This document shows positions 1 through 12,154 of a stretch of 64,000 bases of DNA, in pieces. The notes under the pieces are model-generated. The model was not told where the DNA came from. It did no database searches and saw nothing but the letters and a program-made list of their open reading frames with translations. Source of the stretch: Eledone cirrhosa (lineage: Eukaryota). Location: positions 335,482,001-335,546,000 of the forward strand of contig OZ024741.1 in NCBI GenBank assembly GCA_964016885.1, written 5' to 3'. Within the stretch, counting starts at the first letter, position 1. Each line of letters starts with the position of its first letter. A program made the translations under genes and the position numbers.

Positions 1-79
1 ATTTCAAAAGAAATAACCCTATGTTATTATTTAGTTATTTAGAAAACAAACTATTTAAAAATATTGAATGGAATAATAA

Positions 80-360
80 TGATGGTGATAATAGTGGTGG
101 TGGGGTGGAGTGATGACGATGGTGGTGGTTGTGTCAATAGTGTTGGTGGAGGTGATGTTGATGATGATGATGATTGTGGTGATGATGATGTTAATGATGA
201 TGTCGATGATAATAATGATAATGATGAGGTTGATTGGTGGTGGTGGTAGTGGTATTGGTAGTGATGATGATGATGATGATGTTGGTGGTGGTGGTGTTGG
301 TGGTGGTGGTGGTCATGATGGTGATGAAGTTAATAATGATGATGGTGGTGGTGGTGATAA
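80..360. repeat. (GAT/GGT)n trinucleotide microsatellite
   Basis: Runs of gatgatgat and ggtggtggt; the overlapping ORFs are low-complexity artefacts. Confidence 0.95.
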
Positions 361-364
361 TTGT

Positions 365-490
365 TTCTAAATTTTGGGCATGAGTCCAGTAACTTGGCAG
401 GGGGGGGGGGGTTGCTTAAATCAACCAGCAGTGTATTACTGGTACTATATTTTATCAATGTTAGAAGGATGAAAGACAAAGTTGACCTCA
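365..490 (-). mobile_element. Degenerate tRNA-derived Meta(MESC)-type SINE fragment
   Basis: actggtactatattttatcaatgttagaaggatgaaagacaaagttgacctc is the reverse complement of the SINE core seen at 9643. Confidence 0.7.
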
Positions 491-784
491 GATAATAATA
501 ACAACAACAACAATAATAACAATAATGACAATAATAATTAGTGATAAGAACTCATCTCAAGAATTTTAAATAAGTTTTCATAAGTTCATTGATTTTATTT
601 TTTTTTTGTTTGTTTATTTTATTTTATTTTAATGTAAAAAAGGAAAAGTTTTGAAATAGTTTTCAATTCACTTCTCATAAGAACTTTTGTCTTGGTTTCA
701 AAGTGATTGATTTTTTAATATATATCTGAATAATGTGTTACATTATTGATTAATGGACTGATTTATTATTAGATTTGGTTAAGG

Positions 785-995
785 GCAGGGGATTGGATGA
801 ATCTGTAGAGCATCAGACAGAATGCTTGGTGATATTAGCATAAAACTTTCTATGTTCTGAGTTCAAATCCTGTTAAGGTTGATTTTGCATTTCATTCTTC
901 CAGGTTCGATAAACTAATGTACCAGTTAACTACTGGGGTTGGTTGATATAATTAATCACATGTCCCTTCCCCTCAAATCGTGCCAATGTTAGAAA
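785..995 (+). mobile_element. Older Meta-type SINE
   Basis: B box gagttcaaatcc, core tttcattcttcaggttcgataaactaatgtaccag, tail gtgccaatgttagaaa. Confidence 0.8.
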
Positions 996-1235
996 GAAAA
1001 AAAAAATATATATATATACATATATATATTACACACAAACACAACTCAAAAAGATGTTTATAAAAAAGTAAAGAAAAAGCAAGCTCACTAAACAACACCT
1101 TTTTGTACATGTTATAAAGTCCCCTCTTATTTATATATACACAAAGTGCATTTTCTTTTATTATCCTTTTCATTATATAACATGATTTGTATAGAATGTT
1201 TTGTAATGTCCACACTTTTTTTCACTACAGATATA

Positions 1236-1308
<73 letters not shown>

Positions 1309-1500
1309 TGTGTGTGTGACTTTTGAAGTGGTTATGCCAGTGGTTTAATAGAAATGCCCTGAACACATATGAAATGTGGTTGGCTTTAGGAAGGACATCC
1401 AGGAAAATTGGAACATATGAGCAAGGCATCATCATCGTCACTTCCCACAAGGCATTGTCACCTGTTCTCAGGCTGTCAGGTCACCCTCTCTCTCTCTCTG

Positions 1501-1609
<109 letters not shown>

Positions 1610-1954
1610 GGAGGCACATGGCTTAGTGGTTAGAGCATTGGCCTTGCAATCGAAAGGTTGTGAGTTCAATTCTCAGACCGGGTGATGTGTTGTTTCCTTG
1701 AGCAAGACACTTTATTTCACATTGCTCCAGTTTACTCAGCTGTAGAAATGAGATGATAGGGACTGGGGTCCCTATCATTCCACTGCAAAGTGGTCGTGGA
1801 GGTGCCACGGCAAAAAAGCACCCAGCACTCACTGTAAATGAGGTTGGTGTTAGGAAGGGCATCCAGCTGTAGAAATCAAGCCAGAATCAGTTCCCGTCCC
1901 ACCTTGCAAGCAGGGAAAAGCGGACGTAAAATGAAATGATGATGATGATGATGA
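1610..1954 (+). mobile_element. Full-length tRNA-CORE SINE with RTE-derived body and 3' tail
   Basis: A box tggcttagtgg; B box gagttcaattct; CORE-like ccttgagcaagacactttatttcacattgctccagtttactcagctgtagaaatgag; ends cttgcaagcagggaaaagcggacgtaaaatga(tga)n like the LINE end at ~31185-31215. Confidence 0.9.
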
Positions 1955-2064
1955 TATATATATATATATATATATATGTCGACATGCATATACATGCAAA
2001 ACATATATCTTTTCAGATATTATACTAAAATATTCAAGAAATATCAGTATAAGAATATATTCTA

Positions 2065-2200
2065 TGATCCTGCCAAGTTTATCTTTGCCTTTCATCCTTA
2101 CGGGGCCGATAAAATAAAATACCAGTCACACACTGGGGTCGATTTAATCGACTTTCCACTCTCACAAAATTGCTGGCCTTGTGCCTATATAAGAAACCAT
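2065..2200 (+). mobile_element. 5'-truncated Meta-type SINE
   Basis: gcctttcatccttacggggccgataaaataaaataccag core plus gctggccttgtgcc tail. Confidence 0.85.
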
Positions 2201-2651
2201 TATTTATTCCTGCTATTTGTTTATTTACTTCATTATTTTTTTAATCTTTATTTATTTATATTTTCTAAGATTTCAAGAATTAAAAAAAGTTGTTTATTTC
2301 ATTTGTAGTTGTTTGAAATATTTCAATTAATTCCTTTTTTAATTTTAATCTTTTAAATTTATAATCTTGAATCTAAATTTGCTTTGTTTCTAAATGATTA
2401 TTAATACTGTTATTGTTGTTGTTGTTGTTGTTAGTCATTTAATATAATGGATCAAATATCTTTAGTGATGTTATATTACAGTGGGATAACTTCTAGCAAT
2501 TCCATATTCCATATCTAATTTTGTAGTGAAATAATAACCTACCTTTCTATATTTATCTATCAATCAATTGCTCTCTATATATATATTTATACATACATAC
2601 ATACACACATATATACATACATACATGCATACATATATATATATATATATA

Positions 2652-3000
2652 CCATCATCATCGTTTAACATCCATCTTCCACACTAGCATGGGTTAGACG
2701 GGTTTGTTCCATTTAGAGGCAAGTTGGGTGGGGTGACCCCGTCACGCTCATATAGGACTGTTTCTGACTGGTTTTCTACAGCTTGATGCCTTTCCTAATG
2801 CCAACCACATTTACTGTGTGGATTGTGTGCTTTTTGTTGTGTCACCAGCATGACCACATTACAGAGTGGATTGGGTGTTGTTTTCTCATGTCACCACCAT
2901 GAGCAGCTTACATTGTGGACTAGGAACTTTTGTTGTGTCACCAACATAACCAGCTAACATGGTGGACTAAGAGCTTTTAGTCATTTCAGCAGCATTGTGG
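2652..3000 (-). mobile_element. RTE 3'-UTR remnant with tandem ~40-bp modules
   Basis: catcatcatcgtttaacatccatcttccacactagcatgggttagacggg end; repeated gtggattgggtgctttt..gtcacca units. Confidence 0.75.
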
Positions 3001-3241
3001 GAGAGTGTCTCCAGCTTTGCAGGTTTGTATGTATAGGTTGGACAAGAGAGTGTATCAGATGTGGAAGGTGTGGGGGTTAGGAGAGGATGTGAGGATTAAA
3101 GGAGGGTGTGGTACATATGTGCAGGATGGGGATTGGAGAAATAGGTCTAATGTTGAATACTTATCTGGTGATAGGTGGAGTGTTAAGATGTCAGAGGTAT
3201 GAATATAGAGACGTGTATACACACACATGTATATATATATA

Positions 3242-3313
3242 TAAATATCTTTAAGTCGTTTGGAAGCCTAGACAATGCAATGTCGAGGCTTCCAAACGAC
3301 TTAAAGATATTTA
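3242..3313. repeat. Near-perfect hairpin embedded in TA-rich sequence
   Basis: taaatatctttaagtcgtttggaagcct...aggcttccaaacgacttaaagatattta. Confidence 0.9.
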
Positions 3314-3389
3314 CCTATTATTCCACAATGCTTCAAGAAAACTTCAATACTCTCTTATATATATATATATATACAATTATCATAATATA

Positions 3390-3441
<52 letters not shown>

Positions 3442-3677
3442 CATACATATATATATATGTGTGTATGTTATGTTGGTACCACAAAACATCCAGCCCACAC
3501 TGTAAAGTGGTCATGTTGGTGTCACCCCAAAAAGCACCCAGCACACGCTGTAAACCTGTAAACAGTTCTGTATTAGCAAAACATGGTCACCTGATCTGAC
3601 TTGTCACCCTACTCATCTAACCAATTCTAGTGTCGAAAATGGAGGGTAAATGGTGATGCTTATGTTGATGATGATGA

Positions 3678-3729
<52 letters not shown>

Positions 3730-3802
3730 GGTGTTGGATACTTAAAGCGTCCGTATGCGGTAGGCCGTTTGAGCACTCGATGTTCTCATAGAGCAGAGTA
3801 TG

Positions 3803-4148
3803 ATATCACAGAAAAAAAGAGAATCAGTGTTGCGACAAATGGAATATATTGCACATATCGTTTCTCTGGCGACCAGCTCAAGGCACGATCGATGTGATGA
3901 TCAAACCTGACTCTGAAAATCGCAAGGTCCTCAAATACATCTTGATTCTACGAAGCAGATTTTCCTATAGGAAATTTTCCATATAGGAAAATCTGCTTCG
4001 TAGTATCAAGATGTATCTGAGGAACTTGCGATTTTCAGAGTCAGGTTCGATCATCGCATCGATCGTGCCTCAAGCTGGTCGCCAGCAAAACGATATGTGC
4101 AATATATTCCCTTTGTCGCAACACTGATTCTCTTTTTTTCTGTGATAT
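3803..4148. mobile_element. ~345-bp fold-back element with a decayed hammerhead in each arm (same family as 60830-61017)
   Basis: Arms of ~170 bp are reverse complements around 3975; ctgagga at 4017; flanked by (TA)n; shares its leader taattggtgttggatacttaaag with the 60830 copy. Confidence 0.8.
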
Positions 4149-4149
4149 A

Positions 4150-4355
4150 TATATATAGAATATGGATAAAGATGCTATAACTCTCTGAGGAATCCTAGAT
4201 GCACTGATACGGCATGTCTGGGGCACTTTTAAACCTGGCGGAGCCCAATCCTCTCCAGGTCTGAGCACAGCTGATTTTTTCTATTGAGGAAGAATCGCCT
4301 CTAGTACTGGACTGGTATTTTTTTATTGACCTCGAAAAGAAAGGATGAAAAGCAA
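4150..4355 (-). mobile_element. Meta-core SINE fragment with a different 3' tail
   Basis: ctggtattttttattgacctcgaaaagaaaggatgaaaagcaaa matches the Meta core in reverse; the remainder is unrelated to the common tail. Confidence 0.55.
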
Positions 4356-4455
4356 ATATATATATACATATATAACGTATGAGGTGTGGTAAGGAACCAG
4401 ATGGACCATAACACACCAGAGTACTTAATACTTAGGGTAGAAGAGTGGGTAATAG

Positions 4456-4569
4456 GAAAATGTTCGACCCCGACGGCAGAGCTCAAGCAGTTTTGACGGC
4501 TATTTCTGGACTCGAGAGTCCAGAAATAGCCATCGAAACGGCTTGAACTCTGCCGTCGGGGTCGAACAT

Positions 4570-4573
<4 letters not shown>
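4456..4573. repeat. GC-rich 118-bp palindrome ending in (TA)n
   Basis: gaaaatgttcgaccccgacggcagag...ctggactc|ga|gagtccag...ctctgccgtcggggtcgaacattttc. Confidence 0.9.
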
Positions 4574-4641
<68 letters not shown>

Positions 4642-4727
4642 TATATGTAAAAGGTAAACAGAAATAACAATACAATTGGTACAACAGTATATGGAAGAGA
4701 CATATTAGGTTAACACTTGATATAGCA

Positions 4728-4789
<62 letters not shown>

Positions 4790-4969
4790 GAGGGTCTTCC
4801 CGACAGCTAAGTTCTTGCCATTTCAATACAAAGTGGATAATTTACTGTGTAAAGAGCAAGAGCTCAGCAGTTGGACAGAAACTCATTATAATGCCTACAC
4901 TCTACTTTCTTATGTATTAAGTAGTAAGCTGAATAATGGTCTTACTGATCTAAACAGGTGACTCCCCAT

Positions 4970-5487
4970 CTATACATACATATACATACTCCATACATAA
5001 ATACATACATACATATATACATACATACATACATACATACATACATACATGCATATATACATACATGCATACATACATACATACATATATACATACATAC
5101 ATACATACATACATGCATATATACATACATGCATACATACATACATACATATACGCAGCTTGTTAGGAATTTACAAGTACAATCCATTGATGGAAATGTA
5201 AAAATATGTAAAACATTCCAAAAATTCTGCATGTAATAACTGCATATACTCTTGTACAGATACAAAACATATGCACATGTACATACATAACTCAAACTGC
5301 TACAGATCCAGCTATACAATAACATCCATACCTGCACACACACACACACACACGTGCATGCATGCAGACATTCATACATATTTACCTAGTTGTCTAAATT
5401 CCAATGAATGAGCCTTTTGTCTATGTTAGAAACCGACTCTCTCTATTGGTGAAAATTTAGAAAATAATGAAACCAGAAGTACGTACA

Positions 5488-5519
<32 letters not shown>

Positions 5520-6010
5520 AAGATACACACTTACATATACATACATACACACACATACATACATATATACATACACACAGATACATACATACATACATAC
5601 ATACATACATACATGCATACATACAAACATATACACATACATACATATATACACACACATACATACACACACATATATACATACACACATACATACAAGC
5701 ATATATACATACATACACACACACACACACACATACATACACACACACATATATACACACATACACAAACACATACATATATACATACACATACATACAT
5801 ATATACACATACATACATACATATATACATATATACACATACATACATACACACACATACATACATATATACACATACACACAAATACATACATATACAC
5901 ATACATACATACATACATACACATACATACATACATACATACATACATACATACATACATACATACATACATACACATACAAACATACATACCAACACAC
6001 ATACATAGAC
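4970..6010. repeat. (TACA)n/(CA)n compound microsatellites
   Basis: Direct inspection; interrupted by unique sequence at ~5160-5480. Confidence 0.9.
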
Positions 6011-6313
6011 ATTTGTGTACAGACTCTATAATATTTCATATACACTCTCATTCAAGAGCAATAATTTCATGTGTAAATAACTAGTTGAATGAATTCTGTC
6101 AAGTTCAATGTAAGCCACATATATAATGCCTTTTAATGCAACGTTTAAGGCCACATATCTCTTTAGTGTCTATATTCATACTCTACTTTTTATCACTGGG
6201 GGATTTCTTTTCAAAAGACTGGCAATTCACTCACAAGGATATACGTGTATGTATATATTATATATATATGTGTGTGTGTGTGTACATATACATATATATA
6301 GAGATATACATAT

Positions 6314-6685
6314 GGTGGCTGCCAACTCGTTTTCGAGTACGGCCACTACTTTATATCCATGTAGGAGAACCCCTACTGATGCGCTGAACGAGTGTGACTT
6401 TTTAGTCCAGCCAGCGACTTCAAAACTCTGGTACAAACACTACACTTGTGACAATTATTGACACATAGTGCTGGGCCCATGGTACCATGTGATGACAAGT
6501 GCAGAGAGATCTCCAGATATAAAGCAATGCCTGTGCCGTGAAGCTTTTATAGTGAGCAAAGGCACTGCACAAAGCCAGTCCCACTCTCTTAACCAAGATG
6601 ATATTTACCAAAAAGAAGAACAAGTCAACATCAAGGCAGAATTTTAGGAGAAGGAAAACTCTGATATAACACCTGCAACCCTGAT
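6314..6685 (-). mobile_element. Non-autonomous RTE-like element, 5'-truncated with an inverted terminal segment
   Basis: Matches the copies at 43976, 53898 and 59467; 6631-6685 is in the opposite orientation. Confidence 0.85.
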
Positions 6686-6924
6686 AGATATACATATATG
6701 CATGCATACATACATACATGCATATATATATATGTATGTGTATATAAATCTTTAGATAACTATGTGTTTGTATGTATTTTATACAACCTTATAGTTACTT
6801 ACTTGTGATTTACATATATGTGTGTGTGTACACATTTTTCAAATCATATACCCTCCTTGGTAAATATATTTATACCCTACACATGAGCATGCATTCAAAC
6901 ACACACACACTCATATGCATATAT

Positions 6925-7430
6925 CATCATCATCATCACCATTTTATGTCCATTTTTCCACACTAGCACAGGTTAGATGAGTTGTCCTGTTGTGAGCAAT
7001 GCCAGGTGAGGTGACCATGTCTTGCTCATACATAACTGATTTGGGCTTGGTTTCTACAGTTGAATGCTCTTCCTAATGCCAATATTTACACTGAGTACTG
7101 GCTGCTTTTTGTCATGACAGCTACATGACACTATACATTGTGGACTGGGTGCTTTTTGTCATTTCACCTATACGACAACTTTACTGCGTGGGCTAGGCGC
7201 TTTTTGTCACCATCATGACAACTTTACAGCATGGACTAGGCAGTTTTTGTCATGTCACCATCACAACCACTTTACAGCATGGGCTGGAGGCTTCACTGGA
7301 TGTATATTTCAGCTTGTCCTCATGGGAATGGGTGGGATGGTGCATACTATATATATATATGCTTCAACCTGTGCCCATGGGAAGTCAGGTCTTCTGTATT
7401 ACTGCGTAACATTAGAGATTTCGGGTTAAC
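6925..7430 (-). mobile_element. 5'-truncated RTE family 2 (ORF end plus modular 3' UTR)
   Basis: atatgcttcaacctgtgcccatgggaagtcagg matches 40514-40570; tandem 40-bp modules; (cat)n tail. Confidence 0.75.
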
Positions 7431-7714
7431 TTTGTTTGTGTAGATTTATGATCAAAGGACTTCCAACTGTGACCATTCTATTTTTGAAGATATATCTAGG
7501 AGTATTTTTAATCAGCTTTTCCTTTATTCTTATTTTTAAGACAATGCATCTCCTTTGCTCTCCATTGGAGTAATACAATCAGAATTCTGTCCACCGGGAC
7601 CGGGAGACAACATATATCTGAGAGTTTGTAACAATCATATGAGAATATTGTCAAATATTGTAGTAGGATTTGAACTCAGAGAACAATCTAAAAAGTCTAA
7701 AGTCTGTCTTTGAG

Positions 7715-7980
7715 CCCAGAGGCTCATCAGGTCAGTGCTTACACCAGTTTATGTCGTGTTAAGTGACTGAGAATACACGATTCCTTCAGGGACATGACAC
7801 CAATCCATCACAGGGTTAAACCTCCAGTTATTGCTGGTATTCATTTTTACCTGAGTATACTGGAGCAACATGAAATAAAGTGATTTTGCTAAAAAATACG
7901 ACACACAACCTAGTCCAGGAAACAGACTCATGACATTATGATCATAAGTTCAATACACTCACCACTAGACCACAAGCCTC
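7715..7980 (-). mobile_element. Old CORE-type SINE
   Basis: tggagcaacatgaaataaagtgattttgct is the reverse CORE; decayed tRNA head near 7920-7980. Confidence 0.7.
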
Positions 7981-9339
7981 TCCTAGTGTACAGTGATCTG
8001 GAGCAAATACCAAGCCATCTTTAATGTGACGCCCTAATGAATCTGCCAATTCACCACCTGACAAATATCTTACAAACTATATAGTAATCAATCTTACTTA
8101 TTAGTGGGTAAGAGCATGTAGATATCACTGTACATGTGTGTGTGTGTGTTGTGTATGTGTGTGTGGATATGTTTGTACATGCCTGATATGTCTGTGTGGA
8201 TATGTCTGTACATGTGTGTGTGTCAGTGTGTGTGTGTGTGTATGTAAGCTTTACTGTTTAGTCAGAGGTGGAAGATCAGTAACCATGACCCTTTCATGAC
8301 CTCCAAGACTGATGGAAGAGAAGTAGGAAAAATCCTCAAACCGAAGACCTACCTTGAATGCTTGTAAAATAGTTAACTCTGTTAATGGTACTAAAGTATA
8401 GAGGGAATTCTGTAAAACCAAGTGATGAATTAAGTATCCCAAGGGCTAATAAAATCATGCATGCACATACAGTAATAGACCATGGTGGGATTTTGACTGC
8501 TGAACTGAATAATATCCTAAAATACCAGAAACACTCATATAACTATTTTTTCCAGCCTGTGATGTTCAAGAGCTTGGCCACTGACAGCAAAGTTCTTGTT
8601 ATCATTAGTGGCTCACCTTACGTGAGGGTGCCTGGTTGTTTCAGCACCCTAACCTCCCCATCACCCTGCAGTAATGCTGTAAGCGTGTTGGTTTACCTCA
8701 AAACTTTCCATTGACCCTTGTAAGGTGTGACTGATTGATGCATGTAGTGGTGAATTGATGTCTTTTTTTTTTTTTGTTCTTGCTTTGATCATATAATTTT
8801 GAGTATTATATTTAAAAGTTTCCTAGCAATATTTAATTGTATTTATTAACTCAAAGATCCAAAACAAATACCAATTCCGTCAATCCAAAGACCTGGACTG
8901 ATTATTATCTTTTTTTGATCTTAAAACGACAAAAGGTATAAATGACTTTGGTGGATTTGAACTTAGAATGCAGAGAGCCACAACTAATACTGTATTTTTG
9001 TGTGTGTGTGCAAAATATAATTTATATATAACATGGTTGGTGTTAGGAAGGGCATCCAGCTGTAGAAACCAAGCCAAAATAGATCCATACGTATCTTATA
9101 TAGCGACAACCTATCTAACCCATGCAAGTGTGGAAAATGGACGTTAAACAATGATGATGTATGTATATGCATGAGTGTGCGTATACAATGAGTATAGATG
9201 CACATACATTCTAAATTAAAAAGCTGTATTTCAAATTGAGTGTTCCTGGCATATTTTCCTCCTCATTAACTCTTAATTATAATTTTTACACATGGTGAAG
9301 TAGAAATCTACTCTTCTTTTTACAATTTTTTTAGTTTCA

Positions 9340-9383
<44 letters not shown>

Positions 9384-9642
9384 GTGTGTGTGGGTGACTG
9401 GGCGGGGTGTTTATACTTAAAACATTTCAAATACATTCTTCAGTCACTGATTATCTCCCGTTGAAAGATTAGTTTATCTGTTACAGCTCCCATGATATAA
9501 CAGAACTATTCTGTTAGAGCATGAGAGTGAACAGTAGAAGAAGAATACAAGTGATAAATACAGGCAGTGAAAACCTTTGAACATCCATTTTGTTGGCATT
9601 GCACCTAGATAAGTGAAAAGGTAGAGTTATTGATTTGTACCT

Positions 9643-9829
9643 ATGGCGGTGGATTGGCAGTATCGGTAGAGGGTCGGACGCCATGCTTTGATGCATAGAG
9701 TTACGGCCCTTGCTATTCTGAGTTCAAATCCCGCCGAGGTTAACTTTGCCTCTCATCCTTACGGGGTCGATAAAATAAAGTACCAGTAATGTACTGGGTA
9801 ATTTCTGGCCTTGTGCCAATAGTAGAAAC
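9643..9829 (+). mobile_element. Full-length Meta-type SINE with 18-bp TSD
   Basis: TSD agttattgatttgtacct at 9625-9642 and 9830-9847; A box tggcagtatcgg; B box gagttcaaatcc. Confidence 0.95.
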
Positions 9830-9924
9830 AGTTATTGATTTGTACCTTAGAAAATTTATTTCACAAACACAAACACATATTCAGAACTGAAAACAGAAAA
9901 AAAGATAAGGGAGAGAAATAAGTT

Positions 9925-10165
9925 TTTCTAATTCATGCACAAGGCCAACCATTTTTTTCTTTCTTTTTTTTGTGGAGAGATGAAGAGGATTATATCAATG
10001 ACCCCAGTATTTGACTGGTACTTCATCTTATTGACTTATTGACATCCCAGAAGAATGAAAGACAAAGTTGAACTCAGCAAGATTTGAACTCAGAGCATAA
10101 ATTCCCAGTACAAATAAAACAAAATATTTTGTCTAATGCTCTACCAATTCTTCCAATCAACTGCC
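9925..10165 (-). mobile_element. Degenerate Meta-type SINE
   Basis: gcacaaggcca...gaatgaaagacaaagttgaactcagcaagatttgaactcag. Confidence 0.7.
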
Positions 10166-10529
10166 TTTAAAATATGTGGAGTGAGGTGGAGGGAAAGACT
10201 GGCACATTCAATCACACACTACAATATGAGGCAATGGAGTTTCCCCTATAATAATTTTTTAGGTATTCAACACGCAGCATCGTCATGGGGTGTGAGTATT
10301 GAAGCTAAGGCACTGGAATAACGAAGCATCAACTCCTAGAGTTTTACTTGATATTTAAGATGACATGCTAACAAGGGCAAGAACTTTGTTGTCAGTGACC
10401 CAACTCTTTCAAATGTCTCAAATGCCACAGACTAAAAAAAAAATAGTTTGATTTTGAAGATTTAAAGTGAAACTGTGCTACCTAATGTTTGGTCACATGT
10501 ATAGCTATGTTGTTAATGCTTTGAAGTCA

Positions 10530-10760
10530 CCAGCTAACTTAGTATTCCAGTATTAACAATGTTTGACAATATCATACCAGGTATTCCAGGACTAACAGTA
10601 CTTGACTATAGTCTACCAACCAGGTATTTCAGTACCAACAATGTTTGACTATATCCTACCAACCAGGTATTCCAGTACCAACAATATTTTACTATACCTT
10701 ACCAGCCAGGTATTCCAGTACAAACAATGTATAACTATATCCTACCAAACCAGATATTCT
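10530..10760. repeat. ~43-bp minisatellite, about 5-6 units
   Basis: ccaggtattccagtaccaacaatgtttgactatatcctaccaa variants. Confidence 0.85.
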
Positions 10761-10783
10761 ATTTTAACTCACACTGGTTTTAC

Positions 10784-11678
10784 TGGTGGATTGGCAATAT
10801 CGGTAGAGGGTCGGATGCCATGCTTTGAAGCATAGAGTTACCTCCCTTTATGATCTGAGTTCAAATCCCGCCGAGGTTAACTTTGCCTTTCATCCTTACG
10901 GGGTCGATAAAATAAAGTACCAGTAATGCACTGGGATAATTGCTGGCCTTGTGCCAAAAGTAGAAACAATTATTTACATTAATTATCTATTAATATACCA
11001 GTCAAATATTGGGGTTGATATAATTGACTCTTCCCCACCCCCTTATTGGTAGAGGGTAAGACGCCATGCTTTGCAGCATAGAGTTATGACCCTTTATGTT
11101 CTGAGTTCAAATCACGCCGAGGTTAACTTTGCCTTTCATCCTTACAGGGTCGATAAAATAAAGTACCAGTAATGCACTGGGATAATTGCTGGCCTTGTGC
11201 CAAAAATCGAAACAATTATTTACATTAATTTCAACATAAATCAAATATGTTTTTATATATACTAAGGAATTACTGTGATTTTTATCATATTCATACATTT
11301 ATTATCATTAAAAACATTTAAAAAAAGTTTTAACTAATTAATTTCATTTAATTTCAATAATTCTCATCCAGATGTCTAGCATTAGGACCAAACACACACG
11401 TGGGGGAGGTGTCCAGTTTCAAAAGGTTAAGAATTTTACTATGCAACCATTAGATACCATTAGAAACATTTATTGGCAATATTGGAAGAGAGTTGGACAC
11501 CATGCTTTACAACATAGAGCTATGGCCCTTTACCTTCTGAGTTCAAATCCCGCCAAGGTTAGCTTTGCCTTTCATCTTTGCAGGGTCGATAAAATAAAGC
11601 ACCAGTAATGCACTGGGGTCAATTTAATCGACTATCCCTTCCCCCAAAATTGCTGACCTTGTCCCTAAATCAGAAACC

Positions 11679-11680
<2 letters not shown>
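10784..11680 (+). mobile_element. Three Meta-type SINEs (10784-10972, ~11047-11215, ~11472-11680)
   Basis: Each has a B box and gcctttcatc..gggtcgataaaataaag core. Confidence 0.9.
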
Positions 11681-11715
<35 letters not shown>

Positions 11716-11717
<2 letters not shown>

Positions 11718-12135
11718 CTTCATTAGCACAGTGATGGCTTTACTAACATTGAATCATTTAATTAACACCCTATCAAGTTATGTAACCTCAGATAGACAGT
11801 AATATCTACAGGATATTTGCTGTTCCTTAAAATGTTTTTTGCAATGTCAAAATGCTGGGGCTGATTCCAATTCTATCAAGGGTTCTCTCGAGGTTTTCTG
11901 TCACAGACCCAGGTGCTCCAATCACAATTGGTACCACTCTTGCTTTCATATTCCACATTCTCTAGACATCTATTTTCATGTTGGCATACTTTACAATTTT
12001 CTCGTTTTCTTTAACTTTGATGTAATGGTCTCCTGGACAAGCTACATCAATCAACAAAGATGTCCTTACAGTGTATTTCTCCACTAAAGTTATGTCTAGC
12101 CATGCATCTTCAAGAATTCTATCTGTCTGGATATT
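11716..12135 (-). mobile_element. 3' fragment of an RLE-type non-LTR retrotransposon (R4/Dong-like), pseudogenised
   Basis: Minus-strand translation IQTDR..DITLVEK..LLIDVACPGD..KENEKIVKY..*RMWNMKARVVPIVIGAPGSV resembles the restriction-like endonuclease; flanked by (TAA)n on both sides. Confidence 0.8.
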
Positions 12136-12154
12136 ATTATCATTATTATTGTTA

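Noticed and set aside
1610-1685. tRNA gene
   Set aside because: A/B boxes belong to a SINE head; no proper acceptor stem or poly-T terminator
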